A DNA stretch of 64,000 nucleotides from Candidatus Multivoradales bacterium (lineage in GTDB: Bacteria; Acidobacteriota; Thermoanaerobaculia; Multivoradales; Multivoraceae), in assembly GCA_965223325.1 (NCBI GenBank), contig CBDCWI010000001.1:2016001-2080000 (forward strand), in the 5' to 3' direction. Numbering within the stretch: the stretch's first letter is position 1; every line of letters begins with the position of its first letter. The notes beneath the pieces were generated by a model that made no database searches, was not told where the DNA came from, and was given only the letters and a program-made list of their open reading frames with translations. The position numbers and the translations under genes are program-made. Below are positions 40,301 to 49,199 of this stretch, piece by piece.

Positions 40301-41442
40301 TCGCGTAGCGAGTACTGCATGTGGCCGATCAGCGGATTCCACCAGTCGACGATGTAGAGCGCGCCGTCGGGACCGAACTGGAGATCGACCGGGCGGAAGT
40401 TGATATCGGTCGAATAGAGCAGCGGTTCGACCTCTTCGGAGGTAAACCCCGAGCCTTCATCGATCACCCGGTGTTGCTTGATGCCCTGGAAGCCGATGGT
40501 GTTGTTGATCAGAAAGTTGCCTTGGGCCTCGGGAGGAAAGTGTCGACTGCTGACGATCTCGCAGCCGGCGGTTGGCCGCACCACCGAGGTGAAGACCTTG
40601 AGTGGCCTTCTCTTCATCGGGTACGGGGCGTAGCCGGTGATGGCAGTGCCGAAGTAGTTCGAGCCACCGGAAGCGTCGGCGATGAAGTTCTGGCCCCAGC
40701 GATCGAAGACATGGCCCCAGGGGTTGGCGAACGGGTAGGACACGAAGACCTCGAGCCAGTGGCGCTGCGGTTCGTAGCGGAAGACCCCCGCGTCGACCAG
40801 GCGAACCGGACCCCAGGGCGTTTCGACCTGACTGTGGTGGAAGACCCCTTCCTGGAAGTAGAGAGCGCCACCCGGACCCCAGGTGAAGGCACTGATCGCG
40901 TGGTGGCTGTCCTCTGTTCCAAAGCCGTGCAGGACGACTTCGGAACGGTCGGCGATTTCGTCACCGTCGGTGTCTTCGAAGAACATCAGATCGGGCTGCT
41001 GGGCGACATAGGCGCCGCCGTCGCCGAGCTCGAAACCACCTGGCAGGTGAAGCCCGTCGGCGAACACGGTGTGATGATCGGCACGACCATCGCCATCGCG
41101 GTCTTCGAGAATCACCAGCTTGTCGCGCGGCTCCTCGTCTGGCAGGCGTTGCGGGTAGGAAGGCATCGTCGCAACCCACAGGCGACCCTCGCCATCAAAG
41201 GTGAGCGACACCGGGTTACCGATCGGAAAGTCCTGCTCGCTGGCGAACAACTCGACGACGTACCCATCTGCGACGTGCAGGTGTTCGAGGGCCTTCTCTG
41301 GATCGCGAGTCGAAAGGTCCAGTGTGCCCCCTCGGTTGGGCTCAACCGCCTCGACCCGCTGCGCAAAACCCGGCGAGGTGCCGGACCCGGCAGACGCCAC
41401 GACGCATGCCAGGCCGACCAGGAAACTGCCCCCACGGGTCAA
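37399..41442 (-). CDS. PVC-type membrane-bound dehydrogenase-domain protein with HEAT repeats, blue-copper domain and cytochrome c (CxxCH)
   Basis: 'GYVVELFASE', 'D.DGDG.AD', 'FRPVD..FGPDGALYIVDW..GRIWR'; 'PRVRLEAV' HEAT repeat; 'MPHNLV...CTFPGH..M' type-1 Cu ligands; CSKCH, 'GPAL', 'SPMP.GL'. Confidence 0.9.
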   Translation of the reverse strand: MTRGGSFLVGLACVVASAGSGTSPGFAQRVEAVEPNRGGTLDLSTRDPEKALEHLHVADGYVVELFASEQDFPIGNPVSLTFDGEGRLWVATMPSYPQRLPDEEPRDKLVILEDRDGDGRADHHTVFADGLHLPGGFELGDGGAYVAQQPDLMFFEDTDGDEIADRSEVVLHGFGTEDSHHAISAFTWGPGGALYFQEGVFHHSQVETPWGPVRLVDAGVFRYEPQRHWLEVFVSYPFANPWGHVFDRWGQNFIADASGGSNYFGTAITGYAPYPMKRRPLKVFTSVVRPTAGCEIVSSRHFPPEAQGNFLINNTIGFQGIKQHRVIDEGSGFTSEEVEPLLYSTDINFRPVDLQFGPDGALYIVDWWNPLIGHMQYSLRDPRRDTGHGRIWRIRHAERALLEPRPVAGASIAELLGNLDQYEDRLRYRTRRELRQRERSEVLAAIDSWLASPTASGDAPEANQVVLAPREHRHLEALWLHQMLGEVDTALLDEVLGSPEPRARAAATRVLRFWRDQIDGAPKRLEKLVRDPHPRVRLEAVLAASFLAGKGAAQIALAALDQPRDDYLDYVIGETVDTLEPHWAPALGSGSWWTDLAENHRQFLLARLETERLLDLPQEPSVLRALLLRPDVAPEVADQALALLEEAAGEQRAALLLDRLAEADAAGEEGSVARLGRALLELFGDSPEGVDSELAVRLSTFGQQARLLATAEWLLAANAARTGELPDLSGAAGVDSTLLALRALARFPPDLRQRAWGTVERMTRETPPALADVLAQPVDRIRLALGGRGMLQIAEVEVLDREGRPVLRGAPIEAEQSSTSRDGVAALAVDGERETASATFFEQSPWLEVRLSRPVSIGQVVLRLPDPSTGRLASDRLSIVALAGERKVFELRGFRRPESDPGGLRLVVDSANEVRRHAIAALSSMPDDGEETFAVLLDRLAEDGPGRAGVAAEALDGLTANDPSAVVSTLGHLGRQHELTLALDRHLRAVSVAELTAPNVRRWVDTADRLVSGAVRSEAIDQLATTISQRAIQQITIRPVPHQMVFDTLEFSVQAGRPLEIRLENPDVMPHNLVVTQPGGLEDVGEMAEQMARTDPAAAEAANYVPRWNDEVIRATPLVLPGQSAALAFLTPEEPGLYPFVCTFPGHWILMNGIMRVVPAGSDVDPPVMRKVDAETEQTEVREFVKAWSLERLEPVVLDSPQGPWSTGAQIEAGAELFVAVGCSKCHAKNGEGGDLGPALDDLGSRYDAVETLRHVLDPSATVAEEYETTVIEKRDGRLLVGIVVASDADSVSLRADPLEPERVTTVARSDIKTLSRTSLSPMPSGLLVTLEEEEILDLLRFLRNTR

Positions 41443-42590
41443 GGCGGGCTCTCCTCGAGCAGCTGCCAGCTCACCCGCCCGGGCCTAGCAAGTCGCTGAA
41501 CCTCGAGGTCGAGCGCGGCGACCAACTCATCGAAGCGCGCCATCTCGCCCGGAAAATTCTCGACCCCGAAAGGTCGGCGTCGTTCCCCGTAGATGTAGTA
41601 ACCATTGACGGCTCGGTAGCGATCGAAGAACAACCGGTTCTTGCGCACGACCAGGCGGCGGAGCTCCTCCTCGGCGCGCTCGAGCGACGCACTCTCGACC
41701 GGCACTCCGGTGCGCCACTGGTCAAGAGGTGCCCGCGCGACCAGACGCTCGCCCTCCAGCAGCTGGTAGGACGACTGGTCGTCGCCTGCCGAATCGAGGT
41801 CGACGAAGAGAATCGGCCGCTCGGCGGTGACCAAGCGCTCGGGGTGGAACACACCGTCACCCCGTGCGATGCGGACTCGCCCGAGATCCACTCCAGTCAG
41901 CGCTTCGACCAGCAGCCGGCTGACGACCTGGTCGCCCTCCTCGGTCAGGTGCATGCCGTTTAGGGTCAGAGGATCCTGGTGCTTCAGAAAGGCCTGCCGC
42001 ACGGGCTCGTAGAGGTCAACGAACGCGACGCCGCGCTCGATCGCGACGGCCCGCATGGCCTGCGCATAGAGCAAGAGGTCGCGGTTGGCGGCCGCTGGAT
42101 CGGGAAGCCGGGCAAAGGAGGCATGGTCTTCGCGAGGGATCGGCGAGACCAGTACCAGTCGCAGCGGCACGCCGCGCGGACGCAGCGCTCCAAGGGCCTC
42201 GATTTCGCGCGCCAGGCCGACCTTCCAGTCCTCGATCCCGGCCTCACCAGCAAACGCTTCGTTGGCACCGTAGAACAAGAGCGCAACGTCGATCTCGAGG
42301 TCGCGCAAGTGCTCCTCTACTCCGCCGAAATTGAGGGGACGGGGCCGGAGGGCAACCTCGTCGGCCGACCAGGCGAGGTTGCGCACCACCAGTCGATGCG
42401 CGGGCATTGCCGCATAGAGCGCCGTTTCGAAGTGACCATGGAGCCGCAGGCGCTCGGCAAAGGTGTTGCCGAGCAAGGCGACGCGGTCGCCCGGTTGCAA
42501 CAGGCTCGCGCTTGCGGCCTGCTCCTGCAGGGGCGCAGCGCCGGCCAACAAGATCGCGAGGGCGAGGTTCACTCCAACGAGTTGCGGCAT
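41439..42590 (-). CDS. SGNH/GDSL-like protein (PVC-type)
   Basis: 'ALLGNTFAER', 'RNLAWSAD', 'YGANE', 'FVDLY', 'LNGMHLT'; TTGA overlap with the downstream gene; start uncertain. Confidence 0.82.
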   Translation of the reverse strand: MPQLVGVNLALAILLAGAAPLQEQAASASLLQPGDRVALLGNTFAERLRLHGHFETALYAAMPAHRLVVRNLAWSADEVALRPRPLNFGGVEEHLRDLEIDVALLFYGANEAFAGEAGIEDWKVGLAREIEALGALRPRGVPLRLVLVSPIPREDHASFARLPDPAAANRDLLLYAQAMRAVAIERGVAFVDLYEPVRQAFLKHQDPLTLNGMHLTEEGDQVVSRLLVEALTGVDLGRVRIARGDGVFHPERLVTAERPILFVDLDSAGDDQSSYQLLEGERLVARAPLDQWRTGVPVESASLERAEEELRRLVVRKNRLFFDRYRAVNGYYIYGERRRPFGVENFPGEMARFDELVAALDLEVQRLARPGRVSWQLLEESPP

Positions 42591-42704
42591 TTCTGAGAAG
42601 GCATTCAGAGTTGCGAGAGGTAGGCTTCGAGAAGAGTTCCTGGCCAGCCTACCGAATGCTCTGCTGAGCGCAGGTCCTGGAAGGCGCGGTCTATCATCGC
42701 TGCG

Positions 42705-43790
42705 ATGAACACCCCAAGCCGACATGCCACGAGCTTCGCCTTCGCTTCGGTCGCGTTGCTCGCGCTTCTCACCGGGGTCGTCGTACCGGGCATCGCCCAA
42801 CCAACCGCCGAGTTGCGCGTCGCCTCCGGCCCAGAAGACCCCTGGCTGGTCTTCGAACCCGCGCGCGCCGGCAGCAAAGCCGGCTCGGGCAAGCACATCG
42901 TTCTGGTCTCCGGCGACGAGGAGTATCGCTCCGAAGAAGCGCTCCCGATGCTCGCCCGCCTCTTGACTGCACACTACGGCTTTAGAACCACCGTGCTGTT
43001 CGCCATCGACGAGGAAACCGGACACATCGACCCCGACCAGCAGCACAACATCCCGGGCCTCGAAGCGCTCGGCGACGCGCACGGCCTGGTGCTCTTCACC
43101 CGCTTTCGTGAACTACCCGACGGCCAGATGAAGCACCTCGTTGACTACCTGCAGGCCGGCGGTCCAGTGGTTGCGCTGCGCACCGCCACCCACGCCTTCT
43201 TCTACCGCACCCGTCCCGACAGTCCCTACGCGCACTGGGGATGGCGGAGCGAGGAATGGCCCGGCGGCTTCGGTCAGCAGGTGCTCGGAGACACCTGGAT
43301 CGCTCACCACGGCAAGCACGGTTCTGAGAGCACCCGCGGGGAGCCGGCACCTGAGGCTTTAGACCATCCGATCCTGCGCGGCGTAAGCGACGTCTGGGGC
43401 CCGACCGACGTTTACCGCCTCGCCAACCTGCCCACCGGCGCCAGGGTCCTGCTTCTCGGTCGCATTCTCGCCGGCATGACCCCCGACTCACCGGTCGTCA
43501 CCGACGAGCGCAACGATCCGTTGATGCCGGTCGCCTGGGTGCGCCGACACCGTTGGCCGAGCGGCGGCGAGTCACGCGTCTTCACCACCACCATGGGCGC
43601 CGCCACCGATCTCGTCAACAAAGGCACGCGGCGCCTGGTGCTGAACGCTGTCTTGTGGAGCATTGGCCTCGAAGCGGCGGTGGACCCCGACGGCCCGATT
43701 GAACCGCTGGTGCCATATGAGCCCACCGACTTCGGCTTCGGTGACGCGGTGAAGGGCCGCCGGCCCTGGGACTACCGCGGAACCCCCTGA
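42705..43790 (+). CDS. Secreted ThuA-like domain protein
   Basis: Signal peptide; 'GKHIVLVSGDEEYRSEE', 'RTATHAF', 'HHGKH', 'RVFTTTMG'. Confidence 0.85.
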   Translation: MNTPSRHATSFAFASVALLALLTGVVVPGIAQPTAELRVASGPEDPWLVFEPARAGSKAGSGKHIVLVSGDEEYRSEEALPMLARLLTAHYGFRTTVLFAIDEETGHIDPDQQHNIPGLEALGDAHGLVLFTRFRELPDGQMKHLVDYLQAGGPVVALRTATHAFFYRTRPDSPYAHWGWRSEEWPGGFGQQVLGDTWIAHHGKHGSESTRGEPAPEALDHPILRGVSDVWGPTDVYRLANLPTGARVLLLGRILAGMTPDSPVVTDERNDPLMPVAWVRRHRWPSGGESRVFTTTMGAATDLVNKGTRRLVLNAVLWSIGLEAAVDPDGPIEPLVPYEPTDFGFGDAVKGRRPWDYRGTP

Positions 43791-43891
43791 TCCTCGTTCG
43801 GGCCGCCGCACGATCCCGCAAGCGATCGCGCGGCGCTCCTGTTACATTTGCCCAGTTCTATTAGCTGATTTCGTTTCTCCTGGGAGTCTTC

Positions 43892-45664
43892 ATGACTACT
43901 CGTTTTCTACCAAGCGATGCGTCTTTGCGCCGCACCAGCGAGCGGCTCCTTGGTCGCAGAGGCTTCGAACGGTTCCTGCGCCAGCAACAGGAACACCGGC
44001 GCGAACTCGAACGCCGCGGTTTCAAGCAGGAGCTCTCACCCGAAGCGCTCCGGGTGACGCGACGGCTGGCCCGAACGACGGCGCGTGCGACTGCTCCCAG
44101 CCGCCCTCCACTCGCCACCATCGCTCTCAACCGGCTGGCTTTCGGACCGACGACCGAAGCGTTGGCACATTTCGAAAACCTGGGCGGGAACAACGACACG
44201 CGCCTCGCAAACTGGGTCGACGAACAGCTCGATCCGCAATCGATCGACGACGGTGCCTGTGACGACCGCATCGAAGCAGCTGGCTATCAAACCCTCGAGA
44301 AGAGCTACAACCAGCTGTGGAACGACTACCAGCTGAGAACCGACGAGCTTGGCTACACCGAAGGTTATCGGCCTTTCACCGAAACCGAACTGGTCACTTT
44401 TCTGCGTGCTCTCGCCAGCAAGCGCCAGCTCTTCGAACTGACGGTGCGCTTCTGGCACGACCACTTCAACGTTCATGGCGAAGACGCCGGACCGATCTTC
44501 GCCCACTACGACCGCGCGGTGATTCGTACCCATGCGCTCGGCAACTTCCGCACCCTGCTCGGCAAGGTGACCAAACACCCGGTGATGCTCGAGTACCTCA
44601 ACAACAACGTCAACTCCTATGAGCCCGATCTCGAAAACGACGGCCTCAACGAGAACTTCGCCCGCGAGCTACTCGAGCTGCACACCCTGGGCGCCGAGAG
44701 CTTCTTTGGCAACCAGAGCCCTGGCTCGATTCCCAAGTACGGCGACGGCACCGCCCACGGCTACACCGACGCCGACGTCACGATGGCGGCTCGATGCCTG
44801 ACGGGTTGGACCTACCGAAGCGTTCCGTGGGATCCCGAGATCGGCAACAACGGCCGTTTCCTCGCCCACGCTCCGTGGCACGACGACGTCAACAACAAAC
44901 GCGTCCTGGGCAAGAACATCACCAGCCGCGACGTTCTCCAGGACGGCGAGGATCTGCTCGATCTGCTGGCCGGTCACCGCGCCACCGCCCGCTTCATTGC
45001 CACCAAGCTGTGTCGCCGGCTGGTCAGCGACCGACCGTCAGAAGAGTTGATCGAGACCGCCGCCACCGTCTTTCGCAACCACGTCGACTCTTCCGACCAG
45101 ATAGCCCGCGTCATCCGGGTGATCGCTCTTTCAGACGAATTCAAGACCACCTGGGGCGAAAAGATCAAGCGACCCTTCGAAGTCTTCATCAGCGCGCTGC
45201 GCGCCGGCGACTCGCAGCATCGTTTCGCTCACAACGAGCACGACCTGGGGATGATCTGGTGGTTCTACCTCACCGGCAACATGCCCTTCGCCTGGCATCC
45301 ACCGAACGGCTACCCCGACGTCAAAGAGGCCTGGACGGCGAGCTCGCCACGGGTTCTCGGCTGGCACATGGTGAATTGGATGACCGACGACTACGAACCG
45401 CCCTGGCCCGGGCCGTACTACCTGGACGTCGTTGGTGGGACACCCGCGTCGCGCAACACACCAACCAAGGTCGTCGACTACTGGATCAGCCGCGTCTTCG
45501 GCCACGAACTGCCGCCGGCCGAGCGCACCTTGTTCATCGAGTTCTTCCGCCAGGACCTCGGCCCCGACCAGGAGTTCCAGTGGCAAGACAGCTGGACCTA
45601 CCCACCACGACTGCGCGGCCTCGTCGGCCTGATGTTCATGTCTCCTCAGTTCTCCTATCTCTGA
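43892..45664 (+). CDS. DUF1800 domain protein
   Basis: 'LNRLAFGP', 'FWHDHF', 'ALGNFRTLL', 'NENFARELLELHTLG', 'AARCLTGW', 'PPNGY'. Confidence 0.93.
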   Translation: MTTRFLPSDASLRRTSERLLGRRGFERFLRQQQEHRRELERRGFKQELSPEALRVTRRLARTTARATAPSRPPLATIALNRLAFGPTTEALAHFENLGGNNDTRLANWVDEQLDPQSIDDGACDDRIEAAGYQTLEKSYNQLWNDYQLRTDELGYTEGYRPFTETELVTFLRALASKRQLFELTVRFWHDHFNVHGEDAGPIFAHYDRAVIRTHALGNFRTLLGKVTKHPVMLEYLNNNVNSYEPDLENDGLNENFARELLELHTLGAESFFGNQSPGSIPKYGDGTAHGYTDADVTMAARCLTGWTYRSVPWDPEIGNNGRFLAHAPWHDDVNNKRVLGKNITSRDVLQDGEDLLDLLAGHRATARFIATKLCRRLVSDRPSEELIETAATVFRNHVDSSDQIARVIRVIALSDEFKTTWGEKIKRPFEVFISALRAGDSQHRFAHNEHDLGMIWWFYLTGNMPFAWHPPNGYPDVKEAWTASSPRVLGWHMVNWMTDDYEPPWPGPYYLDVVGGTPASRNTPTKVVDYWISRVFGHELPPAERTLFIEFFRQDLGPDQEFQWQDSWTYPPRLRGLVGLMFMSPQFSYL

Positions 45665-45677
45665 ACCGGTAACGCAA

Positions 45678-47027
45678 ATGCCTCGAACCAACCGTCGACA
45701 GTTCCTCTGCGGGTGCTCCGCTGCCATCGCCGCCATGGCCGGTTCGCGCTTCAACAACCTGACCTTCGCGCAAAACGCGGTCAACAACGAGACCCTGGTG
45801 GTGCTCTTTCTGCGTGGTGGCATGGACGGGCTATCGGCCTTTCCACCGGTCGCCGGCGCCGATCGCGGTCACTACGAGGCAGCACGCCCCGAGCTCCAGA
45901 TTCCAACCAACGGAGCCAACTCGGTGATCTCGCTCGCCAATGGCTGGGGGGTGCACCCGGCCGGCGCCGGCCTCGCCGAGATCTTCCAGGACGGCAAGCT
46001 GGCCCTCGTTCAGGCGGCCGGCCGCCAGAAAGTGAACCGGTCGCACTTCGACTCGATGGCGATCATGGAGATCAGCGCACCGGCGGGGCGTTCGAAAGGC
46101 GCCGGTTGGTTGACGCGCCACCTCAAGAGTGCCACCAACCTGCCAACCGACACTCAGTTCGCCTCCTTGGCCGTCGGCGACATTTCTCCGGCCTCGCTCA
46201 CTGGGAGCTACGAGACGGTGAACTTCCTGCACCCCGAAAGCTTCAACATCGACGCCGGTTCCTTCGAGTCGCTCGCCGACCAGAAGGTCGCTCTCGCCGA
46301 GCTCTACAGCCTGAACGACGACTGGCTCTATCGCTCGGGCTTGAACGCGTTCAACGCCATGCGGCTGGTCAACGACAATGTCGATCCCAACTACGAGCCC
46401 TCGAGTGGCGTGCCGTATCCCAACAGCGAGCTCGGCGACAAGCTCGGCGCCGTCGCGCAGATGATCAAACTCGACGTCGGGCTCCAGGTCGCAGCGATCG
46501 ACATGGGCGCCTGGGATACCCACTTCAATCAGGGTCAAGGCGCGGGCGGTTTCTTCGCCCAGCATTTCGGTGAGCTCAGTCAGGGGCTGTTGGCCTTCTA
46601 CCGCGACCTGGACACGGGCGGCGCAAACAACTTTCTCGATCGGGTAACCGTCGTCGTGATGAGCGAGTTCGGCCGCGAGGTACGCGAGAACTCAGACCGC
46701 GGCACCGAGCACGGCCACGGCAACACCATGATGGTGATGGGTGGCGGCGCGATCGGTGGCCTGCACGGCGACTTCCCGGGTCTCCACCCCAACGCCCTCG
46801 AAGACGGCACCGACGTTGCGGTGACGACCGACTACCGCCGAGTGCTCTCGGAAGTCCTCATCCGTCGCCTGGCCAACAATCGTCTTGGCGACGTCTTTCC
46901 CGGGTATGACAACTACGCACCACTCGGCATTGTCGAAGGCGTTGACCTGCCCGTCGACTACGGTCCGCTCTTCGCAGACGACTTCGAGAGCGCCAGCACC
47001 GTCGCCTGGAGCGGCAGGGAGGGCTAG
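45678..47027 (+). CDS. DUF1501 domain protein (Tat-exported) with a C-terminal 'LFADDFES..AWS' motif
   Basis: RRQFL Tat signal; 'FLRGGMDGL', 'RSHF', 'WDTH', 'SEFGR', 'GTEHG'. Confidence 0.93.
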   Translation: MPRTNRRQFLCGCSAAIAAMAGSRFNNLTFAQNAVNNETLVVLFLRGGMDGLSAFPPVAGADRGHYEAARPELQIPTNGANSVISLANGWGVHPAGAGLAEIFQDGKLALVQAAGRQKVNRSHFDSMAIMEISAPAGRSKGAGWLTRHLKSATNLPTDTQFASLAVGDISPASLTGSYETVNFLHPESFNIDAGSFESLADQKVALAELYSLNDDWLYRSGLNAFNAMRLVNDNVDPNYEPSSGVPYPNSELGDKLGAVAQMIKLDVGLQVAAIDMGAWDTHFNQGQGAGGFFAQHFGELSQGLLAFYRDLDTGGANNFLDRVTVVVMSEFGREVRENSDRGTEHGHGNTMMVMGGGAIGGLHGDFPGLHPNALEDGTDVAVTTDYRRVLSEVLIRRLANNRLGDVFPGYDNYAPLGIVEGVDLPVDYGPLFADDFESASTVAWSGREG

Positions 47028-47047
47028 CAGCCCGCCCTAGACCCGCT

Positions 47048-47248
47048 CTATGCCCTGACGAAGAAGGGCAGGGCCAGGAGGCCCGCACCTACCAGAAGCA
47101 CGAGGAAGATGTTGCCGACGAAGTAGGGAAAGATGCACAGACCCACCCCCGACAGAAGGGCCATTCCGTTTTGCTCCTTGCGGCCGTAGATGAAGTAGCC
47201 CATTCCAATGGCCCCGAAGAGCATCGCGAGAAGGAGCCCGGCGCTCAA
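47048..47248 (-). CDS. Small three-TM membrane protein
   Basis: 'LFGAIGMGYFIYGRK...G..L..FPYFV' hydrophobic 66-aa ORF filling an intergenic gap; TTG start uncertain. Confidence 0.75.
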   Translation of the reverse strand: MSAGLLLAMLFGAIGMGYFIYGRKEQNGMALLSGVGLCIFPYFVGNIFLVLLVGAGLLALPFFVRA

Positions 47249-47364
47249 CGGAAGCCTCGGCGGAGAATTTCGTAGCTGCTATCGGTGCGCTCCATCGCAA
47301 CTCCGGTCTCAGGAAGTGGTGGTTCGTCGAAGGGCAGGAGCCTGGGGCCCCTACCGGGCGAGTA

Positions 47365-47373
47365 ATTATAGCA
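47365..47373 (-). promoter_or_regulatory. Extended -10 promoter (TGcTATAAT)
   Basis: Perfect TGnTATAAT in an AT-richer intergenic patch, pointing toward the 47248 gene. Confidence 0.55.
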
Positions 47374-47546
47374 TTTCGTCAATGTTTCCCCTTCTTCCAG
47401 GGGCTCGGAGCCGGTCCCATTGCCGATTCCAAGGAAACTTGCATAAAGTCGATTCCCGCGCATCAACCGCGCGTTCCCGTTAAGACGACCATGCAAACCC
47501 TGCCCTGCCCCGAGTTGACGACCCTCCTCGCGAGAGCACCCTTGGC

Positions 47547-49199
47547 GTGTCCAGACTTCGCCTCGGCCTGATCTCTGAGCGACCGCCGAGCGCTCCGGCT
47601 GGTTTCGCGCGCGCTCTGACGGCCGCGGCCAACCCGGCGGCGATTGCCGCGGCCTGGGCCGTTCTCACCGATGATGCGACGCTCGACGGTTGGCTCACCT
47701 GGCTGGGCGACACGGCCCCACCCGACGTCGACTCCCTGGTCGACATCTTCGAGAGTCCAGGTGACCTCTGGCACACCGGGGCGATGGCAAGCGAGTCTGC
47801 TGACGAATGGCTGCGCTGGGTCAATCCCACGTTCATGCACTCTGCGCCCCTCGCACCAGAGCTCGAGGCAGCCACTTGCTGGCGGGTGACGCTCGCTCAC
47901 TCGCTCGTACGGCGCTCTGCCGTCTCGGCCCTCGACGGGCCGAGCGGGCAGTTCGAGTCGCTGACCGGGGCGGGGATCGAGCTTGGCTTTCGCTACCTCA
48001 GGCGCGGCGCCGTTGTGCGCCGAGACGCGCGCCTCCGGCGGTCCGCACCGTCGCCGGGCGCTGTGCCAAGTCCCCGTGACCAGGCACGCTTCATCGCGCT
48101 TTCGGCTGGCCGCTTGTGGGCCCGCTGGGCCCTCGGCTGCCTGGTGGTTGGTGGCAGGGTCTCACCGCTCGGAGTTCCCGAACTGCTGGCGACGATCAGA
48201 CAAACCAGGCGCGGCACTCCGCTGGCGACCTGGGAGTCACCGTCGCTCGCACCAGAGACCTCGATGGCCCAGGGATCGGTCACCGTGCTCATTCCAACCA
48301 TCGATCGCTACCCCTACCTCGAAACCGTGCTCGAGCAGCTTGCAAACCAGAGTCGCCGACCAGACGAGATCATCGTCATCGACCAGACCCCGAGAGCGAA
48401 GCGCCGGCGCTTCCCCGAGAAGGCCGCGCCGGTCCCCGTCGTCTGGCTCGAGCAGGAGGAGCCTGGCCAGTGCAGCTCGCGCAACCGCGGGCTCGAGGTC
48501 TCGTCCGGAGACTTCATCCTGTTTCTCGATGACGACGACGAGGTGGAGTCCGACCTCATCGAGCGCCATCTGAAGGTGCTCGACAACCCAGCCATCGACG
48601 TCTCGTCCGGCGTTGCCGAGGAAGTTGATGGTGGCCCCCTGCCCGATGACTTTCGGCACGTCCGTATCGCCGACGTCTTCCCGACCAACAACACGATGGC
48701 GCGGCGGGCGGCGCTCGAAGCCAGCGGCCTCTTCGATCTCGCCTACGACCGGGGGCAACGAGCCGATCGCGATCTGGGGATCCGAATCCACCAGACCGGT
48801 GCCCTGATGGTGCTCCGCCCGGAGATCTCGGTCCTCCACCACCACGCACCGATGGGCGGGTTGAGGACCCACAAGGCACGCGTCGTGACCTACGGCCAGA
48901 GCCGAGCGAGAATCACCGCGCGCGCTCTTCCCACGCCTAGCGAGTACTACCTCGCCGCGCGCTACTTCGGCCGCAAGCGTTGGAAAGCCATCAGTCGCCT
49001 GGGTGTCCTTGGAACGTTTCGCCTCAAGGGATCGAGGCCGGCCCAGGTCGCCAAGATCATCGCCGGCCTGGTCTACCTGCCCAACACCCTCTGGCGCATG
49101 TCAAAGGCCAAACGAGAGGCACTTGATCTGCTCGAGCGCCACCCGACCATCGGGTACCTGAGCGACCCGATCGAGCTCAGTGAGGCATCGGGATCGTGA
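47547..49199 (+). CDS. Glycosyltransferase family 2 with N-terminal extension
   Basis: 'VLIPTIDR', 'IIVIDQ', 'SRNRGL', 'FLDDD', 'GLFD', 'DRDLGIR'. Confidence 0.88.
   Translation: MSRLRLGLISERPPSAPAGFARALTAAANPAAIAAAWAVLTDDATLDGWLTWLGDTAPPDVDSLVDIFESPGDLWHTGAMASESADEWLRWVNPTFMHSAPLAPELEAATCWRVTLAHSLVRRSAVSALDGPSGQFESLTGAGIELGFRYLRRGAVVRRDARLRRSAPSPGAVPSPRDQARFIALSAGRLWARWALGCLVVGGRVSPLGVPELLATIRQTRRGTPLATWESPSLAPETSMAQGSVTVLIPTIDRYPYLETVLEQLANQSRRPDEIIVIDQTPRAKRRRFPEKAAPVPVVWLEQEEPGQCSSRNRGLEVSSGDFILFLDDDDEVESDLIERHLKVLDNPAIDVSSGVAEEVDGGPLPDDFRHVRIADVFPTNNTMARRAALEASGLFDLAYDRGQRADRDLGIRIHQTGALMVLRPEISVLHHHAPMGGLRTHKARVVTYGQSRARITARALPTPSEYYLAARYFGRKRWKAISRLGVLGTFRLKGSRPAQVAKIIAGLVYLPNTLWRMSKAKREALDLLERHPTIGYLSDPIELSEASGS

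Noticed and set aside
47365-47382. TTGACG...TATAAT as a canonical -35/-10 pair
   Set aside because: The spacer is only 6 nt; retained only as an extended -10 element.
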